A DNA stretch of 54,013 nucleotides, taken from Rhizaria sp. SCN 62-66 (taxonomy: Eukaryota). The position numbers were made by a program, and so were the translations under genes. The stretch lies in NCBI GenBank assembly GCA_001724265.1, contig MEDY01000194.1:1-54013 (forward strand). Direction: 5' to 3'. Below, piece after piece: positions 10,980 to 21,156 of the stretch. The notes beneath the pieces are model-generated. The model was given only the letters and a program-made list of their open reading frames with translations. It ran no database searches and was not told the origin of the DNA. Every line of letters starts with the position of its first letter. Positions within the stretch are counted from its first letter, which is position 1.

Positions 10980-13900
10980 TCAGTCACTGCGCTGCGCTTT
11001 CTCCCTGTCACCGCAGCATCTGCTACCAAGTCTGCGCAGTGCTTGCACTGTGGCCCAGCCCCACAGCCACAGCGTTAGCCCCGGCCCCGCCGCGTCCGCG
11101 CGCGCACACTGGCCCCCGCCCCCGCATTGCGGTCCGCAGTGCAGCGGGCCCCGCTTCACCGGCCCACTGTCCGATCCGAGAGCACTGATCCCAGAAGGCT
11201 GGTGCTGCTGGCTAGCAGCGCGAAATGTTTTGCTCCCCGTTGCTTTGCTCGCAACTGGCGTGGAGGCAGCCGATTGTGGTGTGGAAGCGTGTGCACTAGC
11301 AGAATATGTAGAGCCCGACATTGCCGCAACAGCGTTGTTGTCAGCATCACCAGCCATAACAGCGGCAGCAGAACGCAACGCCGGCGTAAGAGACCCAACA
11401 CAATCGTGAACATTAGCGCAGTCTTCACCGCGGCCGCCAAGCGCCACAGCTGCAACGGCAAGCTCTAGCGCGGGCTGTGCAACCACCCAGTCCATGAGCC
11501 CGCCCACCAGTGCGAACACAAGCGGCGCGTGCTCTGCGAAGGCGACACCAACGCGGGAGCCGCCGTTGTTTTCCCGGAACAGCCGGGGGATCTCACGGGT
11601 CGCGGCGATGGCGACGACGCACGCGACGTCGAGGCCACACCACGGCAGCACGTGCGACCGCAGCCGCGCGCACCGGCCCGCAAAGGCGATCAGTGCGCCG
11701 CCGCCGCCAGCACCCGTGACACCTCTGAGCGCGAGAGCGAGGGAAACGACGGTGGCGATCGCAAAAGCCTGTGCGAGCAGCGGCGCGGCGGCGAGCATGG
11801 TGCCAGTCAGACCCATGAGTGCGCGGGAGGCTGCGGCACCTGTGACGGAACCCGCGGGACCTGTGAGTATTGCAGTCAATGACAGTGAGCGCTCGTACCG
11901 CGGCTAGCCCATCAACAGCCCTGTGTGCGTGAATAACGGCAGCGCCAGCGCCAGCACGGGCGCAAGAGTGCATACCACGCTCACTGCAGCGGCAACAGCG
12001 AGCGCCAGTCCAGCCGGCGGCAACGGTGGCGGCGGTGACGGCGAGAACACGCGAGTTGACAGGGTTTGCAGCTGTTTTATAGTTGCAGCAGACTAGGTGG
12101 TTGTGCAGTCACGCCACGGATGCGAATGCAGAGGAATTGCGCTGGCTACGGCCTCATTCACTCGAGCTTGCGTTGCTGTGACCGTTGTGCGGACAGGCGT
12201 GGGGAGCGGTGGCGGCGGGCGCGGAGGGCTGATGCGCGCGCGGATATCGTTGTCGCCGCAGCAGTCAGCGTAACCACTACTGCTCCCGCTATCATTATTT
12301 CCACCGCCGCTGTAGCCGGGAACCGCGACTGCAGTTATGGCGGCCACAATGGGCATCAGTGAGGCACCGGGGCCAGCTGAGGCCGGCGATGTGTCAGTCG
12401 GACTTGATACAGCAAGTGAGTGTGACTGTCTCTGCTGCGGAGACGGTGACTGCGACTGTGAGCTCGAGTGTGTGAGGCCTCCAGATGCATCAGTCTCTGT
12501 TGGGTTGGTTTGGACGCGAGTCGCGCCGTTGCAATGCATCGGGGACGCACCAACCAAGATCGGCGTTTTGTGGTGGCTGCTTGATCCGCTCGCTTTCTTC
12601 ACGTTGGTGAGCAAACTGACAGGAGTGCGGACAAGCGGCGCCGTTGATGTTGCTGTGCCATCCGCAGTCTTCTGCTCACCACCACAGCCGATGTCACAGC
12701 GCATAGAATCTGCCGTCAAGGCAGTCTTCTGCTCGTCATCGTCACAGCGCTTCTGCTCACTGTCATCGTCAGCGGCATAAAGGCTGTTGCGCTTGTCGTT
12801 TGCCGTTTCTGCGCCATGGTTATTGTTGTCATCTATCGGCGAGTCTGGAGGTGTCACCAAGTGAGTCAGTAGTTGCGGCGACGGGAGCAACGGCAGGGTT
12901 CTACCAGGACGCCTTGATATCGGTGTTACACTGCTGTCTGTCGCGCCGATGTTTGCTCCGCCCATCACAACATTGGTACTAGTTGCAACAACAGCGCGTG
13001 ACAGAGCAACGCCGTCTTCTTCCTCCTCTTCCAGCTCGTCTTGGTGACTGCAACCAGCCTGTGCGGCCACTGTTCCCAGTGACTCAAACGCATAAGCACG
13101 TTCAGTCGCGGGCACCGTCGGTGGCGGTAAGGCAGGCAGGACCACCGCGGCTGCGTTGCTCGCTACATCAGCATCAGCGACTGCGCTGGAAGAAGACGAT
13201 GATGAATCTGCATTGTCGTCTGCAAAGTGCACCTGCGGCAGTCCTGTGCGCGACACCGACGCCGGTGGAGAGTGCGGGCCGTGCACTGCAGCGTTATCTA
13301 CTGCCGCGGCGGCAATGCCGCGGTGACCGTGCGCATTGCTGTGAGTTTGACCGTGGCTGTGACAGTGGTTGTAGCCGGCGCGCGCTCGGTCCCAAAGAGC
13401 CAACGCGCACGGTGTTGGCCCTTTGCCAGCCGCAGCGTTTGCCTCCTCCGCAGCAAGCCTTGCCCTGCGTGCAAGGAGTCCCACGTGGGCGAGGGAGAGC
13501 GCTTGACTGTAGAAGACCGAGAATAAGAAGACAAACACGCCGCGGTCAGTCCAACCCTCTGCGACAACGCCCATGAGACCGTTTTGCATGCTGAACTGCA
13601 TTACAGCCAGCGCAAGCACGCAAACCCAGACGTCAAAGAAGGCCCACTTGCCCCATAGCAACAGCGCACGTGGCGCCCAGGCTGGAAGCCGGCGTCGTAT
13701 AGCTTTGGGGCCAAGTGTGATCGCGAGTGCGAACAGCTTCGCGTGGGGCATTGCGCCGGCGAAGATCGCAAGCAGAGCTGCCAACGCGCGTAGGTCGCTG
13801 CGCCAGAGCTCGCGCGCCGTACTCCAGACCGTACAGTCAAGCCGCGTTTGGAACTTGCGTGGGTTGTCGCGCGGGCCCCAGTTCACGGCGACGGAGAACG

Positions 13901-14126
13901 CTGTCGTGAGTTGGGCCGCGATGGTGAACACGATTCCCAGCAGCGCGGCTGCCAGCAGCGCCGTGTCAACCGAGACCAGTGAACGCAGCCGCAAAGTCGG
14001 GGACAGCAATGAGCGCCAACGGGTAGTGGTAGCGCTAGGCGTAGTCGGCTTGGCCCTTGGTGTTGGCAGCTGTGTCTATCCCCGCGAGGTCTCGGGTGGC
14101 AGAGCTCGTCGTGAAGGAGAGAGCAT
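10980..14126 (-). CDS. Two-domain PqiA-like multi-pass membrane protein, 1048 aa if three internal TAG codons are sense
   Basis: One frame from ATG 14126 to TGA 10980, interrupted only by TAG at 14076-78, 12093-95 and 11904-06. Domain 1: TVWSTARELW..LLAIFAGAMPHAKL..WGKWAFFDVW. Domain 2: RSLSLTAIL..LPWCGLDVACVVAI. Confidence 0.75.
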
Positions 14127-14657
14127 CTGCTGTTCAAGTCAAATCAGTCGCAAAGAAAGGGTGCTTCAAAATAAATAGGAATCTACAGTAATTTCTAGGT
14201 TTGTTCATACAATTTAATGGACTTGATTTTTCTATTAACGATGACACAATGGCAATCAAAGTCAGTATCTCACGGTCCACGATACAACAAATCCTTTCGC
14301 TGAGGTTTGTTGTTGAGTGGGTGTGTTGCAACCAGTGGATATGTGCCGATAAAATTCAACCATATATAAACATGAACTTGAAGATGCATGCATTCTTGCC
14401 AAATATTATGTCCAACACTATTTCACACTCTCAAGTTCCTCCATCGAAATTTCAAGTTGTGTTCCTAATTTCAACATTAACGCAACAGTGATAATAAAAT
14501 AAGCTATTTTATTTGCGCACCATTTCTGCCCGCAAGATATAAAGATATCAATAATATGTAACATGGCGTGGTTCTTCTCTGTCTTGTTTATCATAATTTA
14601 AAGTTTAGAAAAGCGACGGCATCAGAAGCGCTTGTAAAACTGTTGAATGCAATGAAA

Positions 14658-17600
14658 TTAGTCGAACTTATCGAACGACTGCATGCGCTTCGCGCCCTGC
14701 TGCCGCTTCACACCCGGCCGCGCCAGCGCCACCGCGGGCATCGCACCCTGCTCTCCCTTGGCATCCTGAGTTGCAGTCTCTGTAATTGCGGGGCCGGGCT
14801 GAGCTCCAGCGCCGCCAGCGGCTGCGGCGGCTGCGAGTGCTGCAGCATTGCTGCTGTTGGTGTAGCCCGGGGCGGCGGTGGGCACGTTGCCCGGCAGCGA
14901 CTGACGCACCATGCCCGCGTTGGTGCGCGGTTTGACCGACAGCGCGGCGTTAAGATTCGCCGCAAACGCCTCCGAGTGGCGCGCACCGCGCGGGCGCAGG
15001 CCGGAGCCGCTGGTCCCAGACCCAGAAGACGCAGACAGGTCCGCAGTGCCGTTCCCGGCGTGACTCGCAGTCGCGGTCGCCAGAGGATTCGCTGCGGCGG
15101 CCGACAGGGCGGCGAAAGCGGCGGCGCGCTCGCGGATGCTTGAGCCAGCGGTTCTCGCGCCCACAGCGGCGCCAGTACTCGCGGCGGTACTCGCGCTACC
15201 TGCAGCACCGTTGGACGGCGAGATCACATTCGCCCCGTTGGTGTTCGCGTTGCTGTTGTCGTTGCCGTAGTTGTTCGCCTTGTTTGCGGCGACGGCAGCC
15301 GTCACGGCCGCGGCCGCAGCGGGCGTGAGCGTGGCCGCGGGAGTGCGAAGTGGCGGCGCCGGAGCGAGGCCAAACGCAACCGCGTCTGCAGTCAGCGAGT
15401 CGGTGTTGCCCGCGCCGGGCTCGGGCTAAGCCTGCTCGGGGGCTGTGGGCGCGGCGTCGGCGTTGTCGATGCTGCTGTAGCGAGACACCGGAGCATGCGG
15501 GGCCTCGTGGTCAAGACTGGGCTCCTCGACATCCGCACCGGCGGCAGCCGCGCTATCAGCAGCAGCGCTATCAGCAGCCGCACTATCAGAACCGGCAGCA
15601 GCGTCAACAGCGTCATTGTCGTCATTAGCACGTGATTTAATTTCAACCGGCGTTTGCGCGTCGCCAGGAGAGGGATTACGCCGCACAATCTCACTAATCT
15701 GCGCATCAGCAGGCTCAGTATCGGCTGAACCGGCGGTGGAGTCTGCGGTTGTGGCTGCTGGGTTCTGAGCGGGGACGGAGACAGGGGCAGCAGCGCTGTG
15801 ACTGGAGGGGATCATGCGGTCTAGGGCCGCGGTCGTCCACCGACCCATCGTCCCAGTCAGTCCGCCCTCGGTCGCAGCCGCACTGGCGCCAGCCGTAGCA
15901 CTCGAGCTCGCGGCAGTGGCGGCGCTCGCCGCAGACACGGAACACGCAGCATCTTCATCCTCAGACTGTGCCTGTGTCTGCTGCTGTTGTTGCGCCTTCG
16001 CGGCCGCTTGAGCCACTGCCACCGCCCGCGCCTGGGCCTGAGCGCGCGCGACAGCCTCCGCTGCAGCTTGCTTCGCTGCTGCGGCGGCGACAAGCGCGGC
16101 GGCGGTGGTCGGCGCCGGCGCCACCGCAGTCTTCTGAACAGGCGCAGCAACCGCGGCAGGAGCATTGGCGGGAGTGTTTGTGTTAGCATCGGCGTTTGCG
16201 CTGGCATTCTCCAGGGCTTTCTGCGCCGCGGCCAGCCAGGGGTACATGCCGCGGATATACATGAGCACGCGCGGCAGCGTCGCCTCGGCCGCAGCACGTG
16301 CCCAAGTGTTCCCGTACAGGTGCGCGGGCACGGTCACGTGTAGCTCCGCCCCCGCGGCGGCCTCCCCGCCCGGCAGCTCCAGCGCCTCGGCCAGGGCGGC
16401 ACTCACCGTCGCGTGGTAGCAGCTGACTGCGCGCGCCAGGGCCAAGCGCACCGCGGCCTCGCGGGCGGCACCGGGGCCCGCGGCAATGCCAAGGGCTTCG
16501 GCGGCGGCCGCGGCGGCGGCGACGGCGGCGGCGGACACGGCCGGCCCAGCCTGTGCACTCGCGCTCGCGTTGGTCGGGCTCGGGCTCTTGCTGCTGCTGC
16601 TGCGGGGGAGATTGGCGTTCGCAGGATCGCTGGGGAGCGCGCGGAGACACTCTTGCGCGAGCGCGGCGGGATCTGCCGCCAGGACGCGGCGCCAACGCAG
16701 GACCGACGACGCCGGCAGTGCGTCGAGCGCCTCCGCCACCGCGGGAGACAGCGCGGGCGGCGGCGACGGTGACGGGGCAAACACACGGGCGCCTGCTGCT
16801 CCAGTCGCAGTTGTGGCAAAGGCGGATACGGCCTCCGCCGCCTCCGCTTTGAGCGCGGGGGTCGCGGCGGCCGCGGCGGCGGCGCTGAGAGCCTCGAACG
16901 CGTCGGCGAACGCGTCGGCGGCGGCGCGGCGCGCGGCGGCGTCCACCGCCTCGACAGCGCTCGCGTCGCCCGCGCTAAGCGAGATCTGCCCCACGGCAGC
17001 GTCGAGCGGGCTCACCTGCAACGCCAGCGCGGCGGAGAGAGAGGAGCAGAGCAGGATGGGCAGCTGACCCGCGGCGCGGGCGCGGTTGCAGGCGACCGTC
17101 AGGATGCTGAGCCCGCCGGCGTCGAGGGCCTGGCAGGGCGCATCGGCGTCGATGACGGCGATCAGCGGGCCGAACATGCGCCGGAGCAGTGCGGCGAGCT
17201 CGCGGACGCCGGTGGCAGTGGAGCCGCACAGAACGAAGGGGCGCGCGTGCAAAGCGTCTGTCAGCAGCAGCGCGGGCGCGGGGCACTGCGCGGTAGCGGC
17301 GGTGGCGGCGGCGTCGGTGTTAGCGGGGGCAATGGCATGGTAGCGGCGCCAGGCGTTGCGCGTGGCGCGCAGGAGCAGGGACGCGGCGAACACGGCGACC
17401 ATCGCGGCGGTGGCGCGGGTCGCGGCGGGGTTCTCCTGCGCAGTGTGGCGGGCGAAGTCCAGCGCGCGGCGCGGCAGCGCGGCGACAAACTCTGCCGCAG
17501 AGCTGCCACTGGAGCCGTTGGAGCACGGATCGGTGGTGGTGGAGGCAGAGGCGTTGCGGAGAGAGTCGAGGGTGGACGCGGCGAAGCGGGAGACCGTAGT

Positions 17601-17729
17601 GTAAATGCTCACCAGCGTCGCAAGGGTGCCTTTGGCGGCGGCGGTGCCGGTGCCAACCGGCGCGGGGGACAAGGACGCGTGCTCGGAGAGCGCGGCGGAA
17701 AGGCCGGCGTGCTCGCTGTGGCTGCTCAT
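14658..17729 (-). CDS. Ala-rich protein with a TM segment and a degenerate P-loop (IPT/MiaA-like) region, 1023 aa with one internal TAG
   Basis: ORFs 15426..17729 and 14658..15305 share a frame. The only stop between them is TAG 15426-28 (PEQA*PEPG). Motifs RPFVLCGSTATGVRELA..IAVIDAD and ARAAGQLPILL. Stop TAA. Confidence 0.72.
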
Positions 17730-18313
17730 GATGAGAGGGGAACGACTGGTGTCGCTGCTGTGATGAGTGCGAGTGTGTTGTGTGCGCGAGAGTCAAGCTA
17801 TAGGTATGCGAACGACGAATGCAGGGAATATATGCCAAATATTTCGTAATAATGAGTTTAATTATACGTATTCCCAAGCGCTTTCACTGTGATAAACGTG
17901 CTAAACAACGAAATTATGGGGGATTACAAGCATAATTAGATGTAGTAGTCGGGTAGCGTGCGTCCAACATGGAAGTTCGATCGGTGAAATGAAAAGACAC
18001 CATAACACACGTGGATACTGGGATTAACAGATATAATTTAAAATATACAGAGTTTCACGTGGTTAATATATCAAATTTCAAACATATCAATGAAAAGATG
18101 CCTGAACACTCCGAAAATATATATCGAAAGTTCACGCCCGTTGGGGTCAGTCCTCCAGCCTTCCAACCAGTGGCTCAGCAGAATTATCTTCAAGTAAGTA
18201 TAGCAGTCGCATATAGTGAGTTATCAGAATAAATTCGTATTTAATGTATAATAAATGTAGTTTAGTTATTAAATATCGTTAGTTTGATCTATATATCGTT
18301 TGTTTAACTGCGA

Positions 18314-20767
18314 TTAGTCATCATTGTAGTAGTCGCCGTAGCCCTCCGCACAACCAAACGCAGCCTCAATCGCGTCCGAGCCCTGTGCCGGCGCTGTCTG
18401 AGCCTCAGTCTGAGACTGTGAGGCCCCCACAGCAGCAGCAGTAACGGCTGCGGCACTGGTCGGCTCAGCGGTCGCGACCCACATGCTTTCATCGTCCCTA
18501 TAAGCAGCCGCCGCCGCCACCACCGCCGCCACCGCAGCATCCGCATCCACAGTGCCGGTCTGAGAGGCATTGCCCAGAGTGGGGAAACTGTTCGCGCCCG
18601 CAGCAAGGCCCAACGACGCGATGAGTCCGTCCGCCGCCGCCCTGGCCCCCTCAGCGGCCTTATTGCCGCGGCGGTAGGCGGCGCGCTGCTCTCCGTCCAT
18701 CCCGGCCTCTGCGGCGCGCGCGGTGACACGCGCCCGGGCGGCGGCCTCGAGCTCGGCGCGCGCCGCCGCGGTCAGGGGCGCGTGCGAGAACGGGCACTTG
18801 TCGCCGTTGCGGCAGCTGCCCACCGTGGCGTGAGGGTGGGCGTGAGAAGAAGAGTGTGCATTGGTAGCGGCGCCCAGGGGCGCGGCAGAGAGATTGTGGT
18901 AGTGGCGGCACGGCACGCGTGATAAGTCATGCGAGTAGCCACATTGCGCGCCGCGGGTACACGCGCCGCGCAGGTGGTGTGCACACACGGTCACGGGTAC
19001 CACGGGTACCGTAGTTTCCCCGCCCGCCCCAGCACCAGCTGTCGTCGCTGATGTTGCAGCTGCCGCGGCGCTCTTGCTCGTGTGCGAGAAGGGACAGGAT
19101 GCGCCCGCGCGGCAGCCGCCCTGGGCGAAGAATTTGCACTCTGGCTTCACACGTGCGGCCTCAGCAGCACGCCGTTGCGCTAAGGCGGCAGCAAGCTGAG
19201 CGCCGACGGCCTGCTTGCCGGCGTATATCTCCTTGCGGACGGCGCGGCGGGTCGCGCGGTCGGGCCTCTCAGCGCCGCCGCCGCCGTCAGAATCGAGGCG
19301 TGCATTGGCAGGGGGCTTCGCCGTGCTCGGCTTGGGGGCGCTGTGGTGTGACTGCGAAAGGGCGGGCTGAGGGGGACGCCGCTGTGTCGGCGCGTTGCTC
19401 GTGGTAGTTGTGATAGCGGGGCCACCGGGACGGGCACTACTGGGTGACTGCGTGCCGCTGCTGCCAGCGGGTGCGGGGCGCTTAGCACGACTGGTTGCAG
19501 CATGCGTTGTTGCTGATGTTGTTGTTGCGGTGTCAAGTTCAGAGTCAGTATCAGAGCCAAGGCTCGCGTCAGATTCGGAGTCAAACATCACAGCAGACTT
19601 CGTTGTCGCAGTGGCAGTGGCAGTGGCCGTCCGTGGCTGTGACGGTAACTGCGACCGTGGCGGTGACGGTGTGACACTGCTGATGCCACCGGTACCGGGC
19701 AAAACCCACTCTGGTTTCTCTGTTTTTTGTGTCTTTTGCACATCCGCAGTCTGCGTGTGAGTGCGCGCCTGTGCCTGTGACCGCGGCAGCGGCTTCTGTA
19801 TCTGTGGCTGTAGCTGTGTCTGCGCCTTCGAGCCAGCAGTCCCAGCAGCTGCAGTCTGTGACTGTGCCTTGGGCTGCGGCTGTGCGCGACGGGACTGAGA
19901 GATGGCTTGAGTCGCGGCTGCAGCCGTCGTCGCAGTCTCATCTTCAGCAACCTCAAATGCAATCGTAGATGCGCCCGCGCGCGGCTCGTTAGGCACAAAC
20001 GGAAACAACGCAAACAGCCCCGTGCTCTCCACACTCACGCTCGCACTCGCATCGGTTTGGCCGACAGCACGCTTTGCAGAGGGCGCAGGTTGAGGAGCGT
20101 ACGGCAGGGCGGCGGCCACAACGGCGGCCGCGGCCACGGTGAGCCTGGAGCCGTCCCCGCGCAACTGCGCCGCGTCCTGAGCAATCTCCTCATTATAGTC
20201 AGCACCAGCTGCAGCTGCACCTGCCGCAGCAGCACCTGCACCAGCAGCGGCAGCGTAATTGTTACTATAGTCGGCTTCGTAGTCGCGGGAGGACTCTGTG
20301 GCGGCCGCAAGCAGCGCGCGCATACGGGCAACCACCGGCCACTGCGGCGCTGTCGCAGCAGCGGCAGTGCTGGATGTCGGTGCTGCTGAGGTTGTTGCTG
20401 TGTAGAGTGCTGTGTAAAGCGAGGCAGGGAGCTGGGCGCCGTGGTAGGCTGCGGCGGCGCGCGCGGCGGCGGCGATGGCCGCGTCGCCACTACCGTCGGG
20501 CGCGGCGGCTGCGAGCGCGGCGGCAGAGTGCAGGCTGCGGGGGCGCGCGCTCGCAGCGGAGACTGTCGTCACAGTCGCAGTCGACGCGGTCGCAGCAGGG
20601 GAAGCATCGCTTCTCGGAGTGAGATAAGCGACGAGCGCGGGCCCTGCGGTGATGAAGCCGGTGCCTGCGAGCGCGTCTGTCAGGCGAGCGCGCAACGTGT
20701 CGGCCGCGCCTTCCGCGGCCGACTTCCTGGAGCGCCCCGGAGCGCCATGGGAGGCTGAGACGGACAT
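18314..20767 (-). CDS. CCCH zinc-finger protein (three fingers, ZC3H4/6/8-like arrangement), 817 aa
   Basis: CKFFAQGGCRAGASCPFSH, CAHHLRGACTRGAQCGYSH and CRHYH-[insert]-CRNGDKCPFSH. ATG 20767, stop TAA. Confidence 0.85.
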   Translation of the reverse strand: MSVSASHGAPGRSRKSAAEGAADTLRARLTDALAGTGFITAGPALVAYLTPRSDASPAATASTATVTTVSAASARPRSLHSAAALAAAAPDGSGDAAIAAAARAAAAYHGAQLPASLYTALYTATTSAAPTSSTAAAATAPQWPVVARMRALLAAATESSRDYEADYSNNYAAAAGAGAAAAGAAAAGADYNEEIAQDAAQLRGDGSRLTVAAAAVVAAALPYAPQPAPSAKRAVGQTDASASVSVESTGLFALFPFVPNEPRAGASTIAFEVAEDETATTAAAATQAISQSRRAQPQPKAQSQTAAAGTAGSKAQTQLQPQIQKPLPRSQAQARTHTQTADVQKTQKTEKPEWVLPGTGGISSVTPSPPRSQLPSQPRTATATATATTKSAVMFDSESDASLGSDTDSELDTATTTSATTHAATSRAKRPAPAGSSGTQSPSSARPGGPAITTTTSNAPTQRRPPQPALSQSHHSAPKPSTAKPPANARLDSDGGGGAERPDRATRRAVRKEIYAGKQAVGAQLAAALAQRRAAEAARVKPECKFFAQGGCRAGASCPFSHTSKSAAAAATSATTAGAGAGGETTVPVVPVTVCAHHLRGACTRGAQCGYSHDLSRVPCRHYHNLSAAPLGAATNAHSSSHAHPHATVGSCRNGDKCPFSHAPLTAAARAELEAAARARVTARAAEAGMDGEQRAAYRRGNKAAEGARAAADGLIASLGLAAGANSFPTLGNASQTGTVDADAAVAAVVAAAAAYRDDESMWVATAEPTSAAAVTAAAVGASQSQTEAQTAPAQGSDAIEAAFGCAEGYGDYYNDD

Positions 20768-20977
20768 GGTAACCGAGGTGAAGAGCTAACGTACAGCTAG
20801 TCCTCTGGGTCCAAGCAAGTCTGCGGATGCAAACAAAGATGACAAATTGAGCACAGATGATTGAAATCACAAGTCAAAAAACCAAGTTAAATTCTATAAA
20901 GCGAGTCATTATATCATATGACGGTACAGGCGGCGATCTAGAGCAAGCTGAAGTTGCTGCACTTGACTCGGCCGGGT

Positions 20978-20999
20978 GACCGTGAGCAAGCCCACGGTC
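20978..20999. promoter_or_regulatory. Inverted pair of GACCGTGRGC motifs in a divergent promoter
   Basis: GACCGTGAGC-AA-GCCCACGGTC. Same core as the 8186-8240 arms and 40808-40817. Confidence 0.5.
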
Positions 21000-21156
21000 G
21001 GCTGGACGACGTGGGAACGGGATGCTTTTTTTGTCTGCTTCGGGAAACCACTGAGCTGACGAGCTCGGTGCGATGAATCATCGACTCCAGTGCGCGCCTG
21101 TGTCAGTATATTCGCATAGCTTTACTGGATTATTTAAGAAGTGCACGTTGTGAATC

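Noticed and set aside
11880-12100. Introns that would remove the TAGs at 11904 and 12093
   Set aside because: No intron-sized AT-rich segment, and the interval encodes a TM helix. The nearby minus-strand GTACGA at 11898 lies 3' of both TAGs.
17945-17985. tRNA B-box-like GTTCGATC (17975-17982), examined while looking for a CUA tRNA
   Set aside because: No cloverleaf can be folded and the spacing is too short. I found no tRNA gene in the window.
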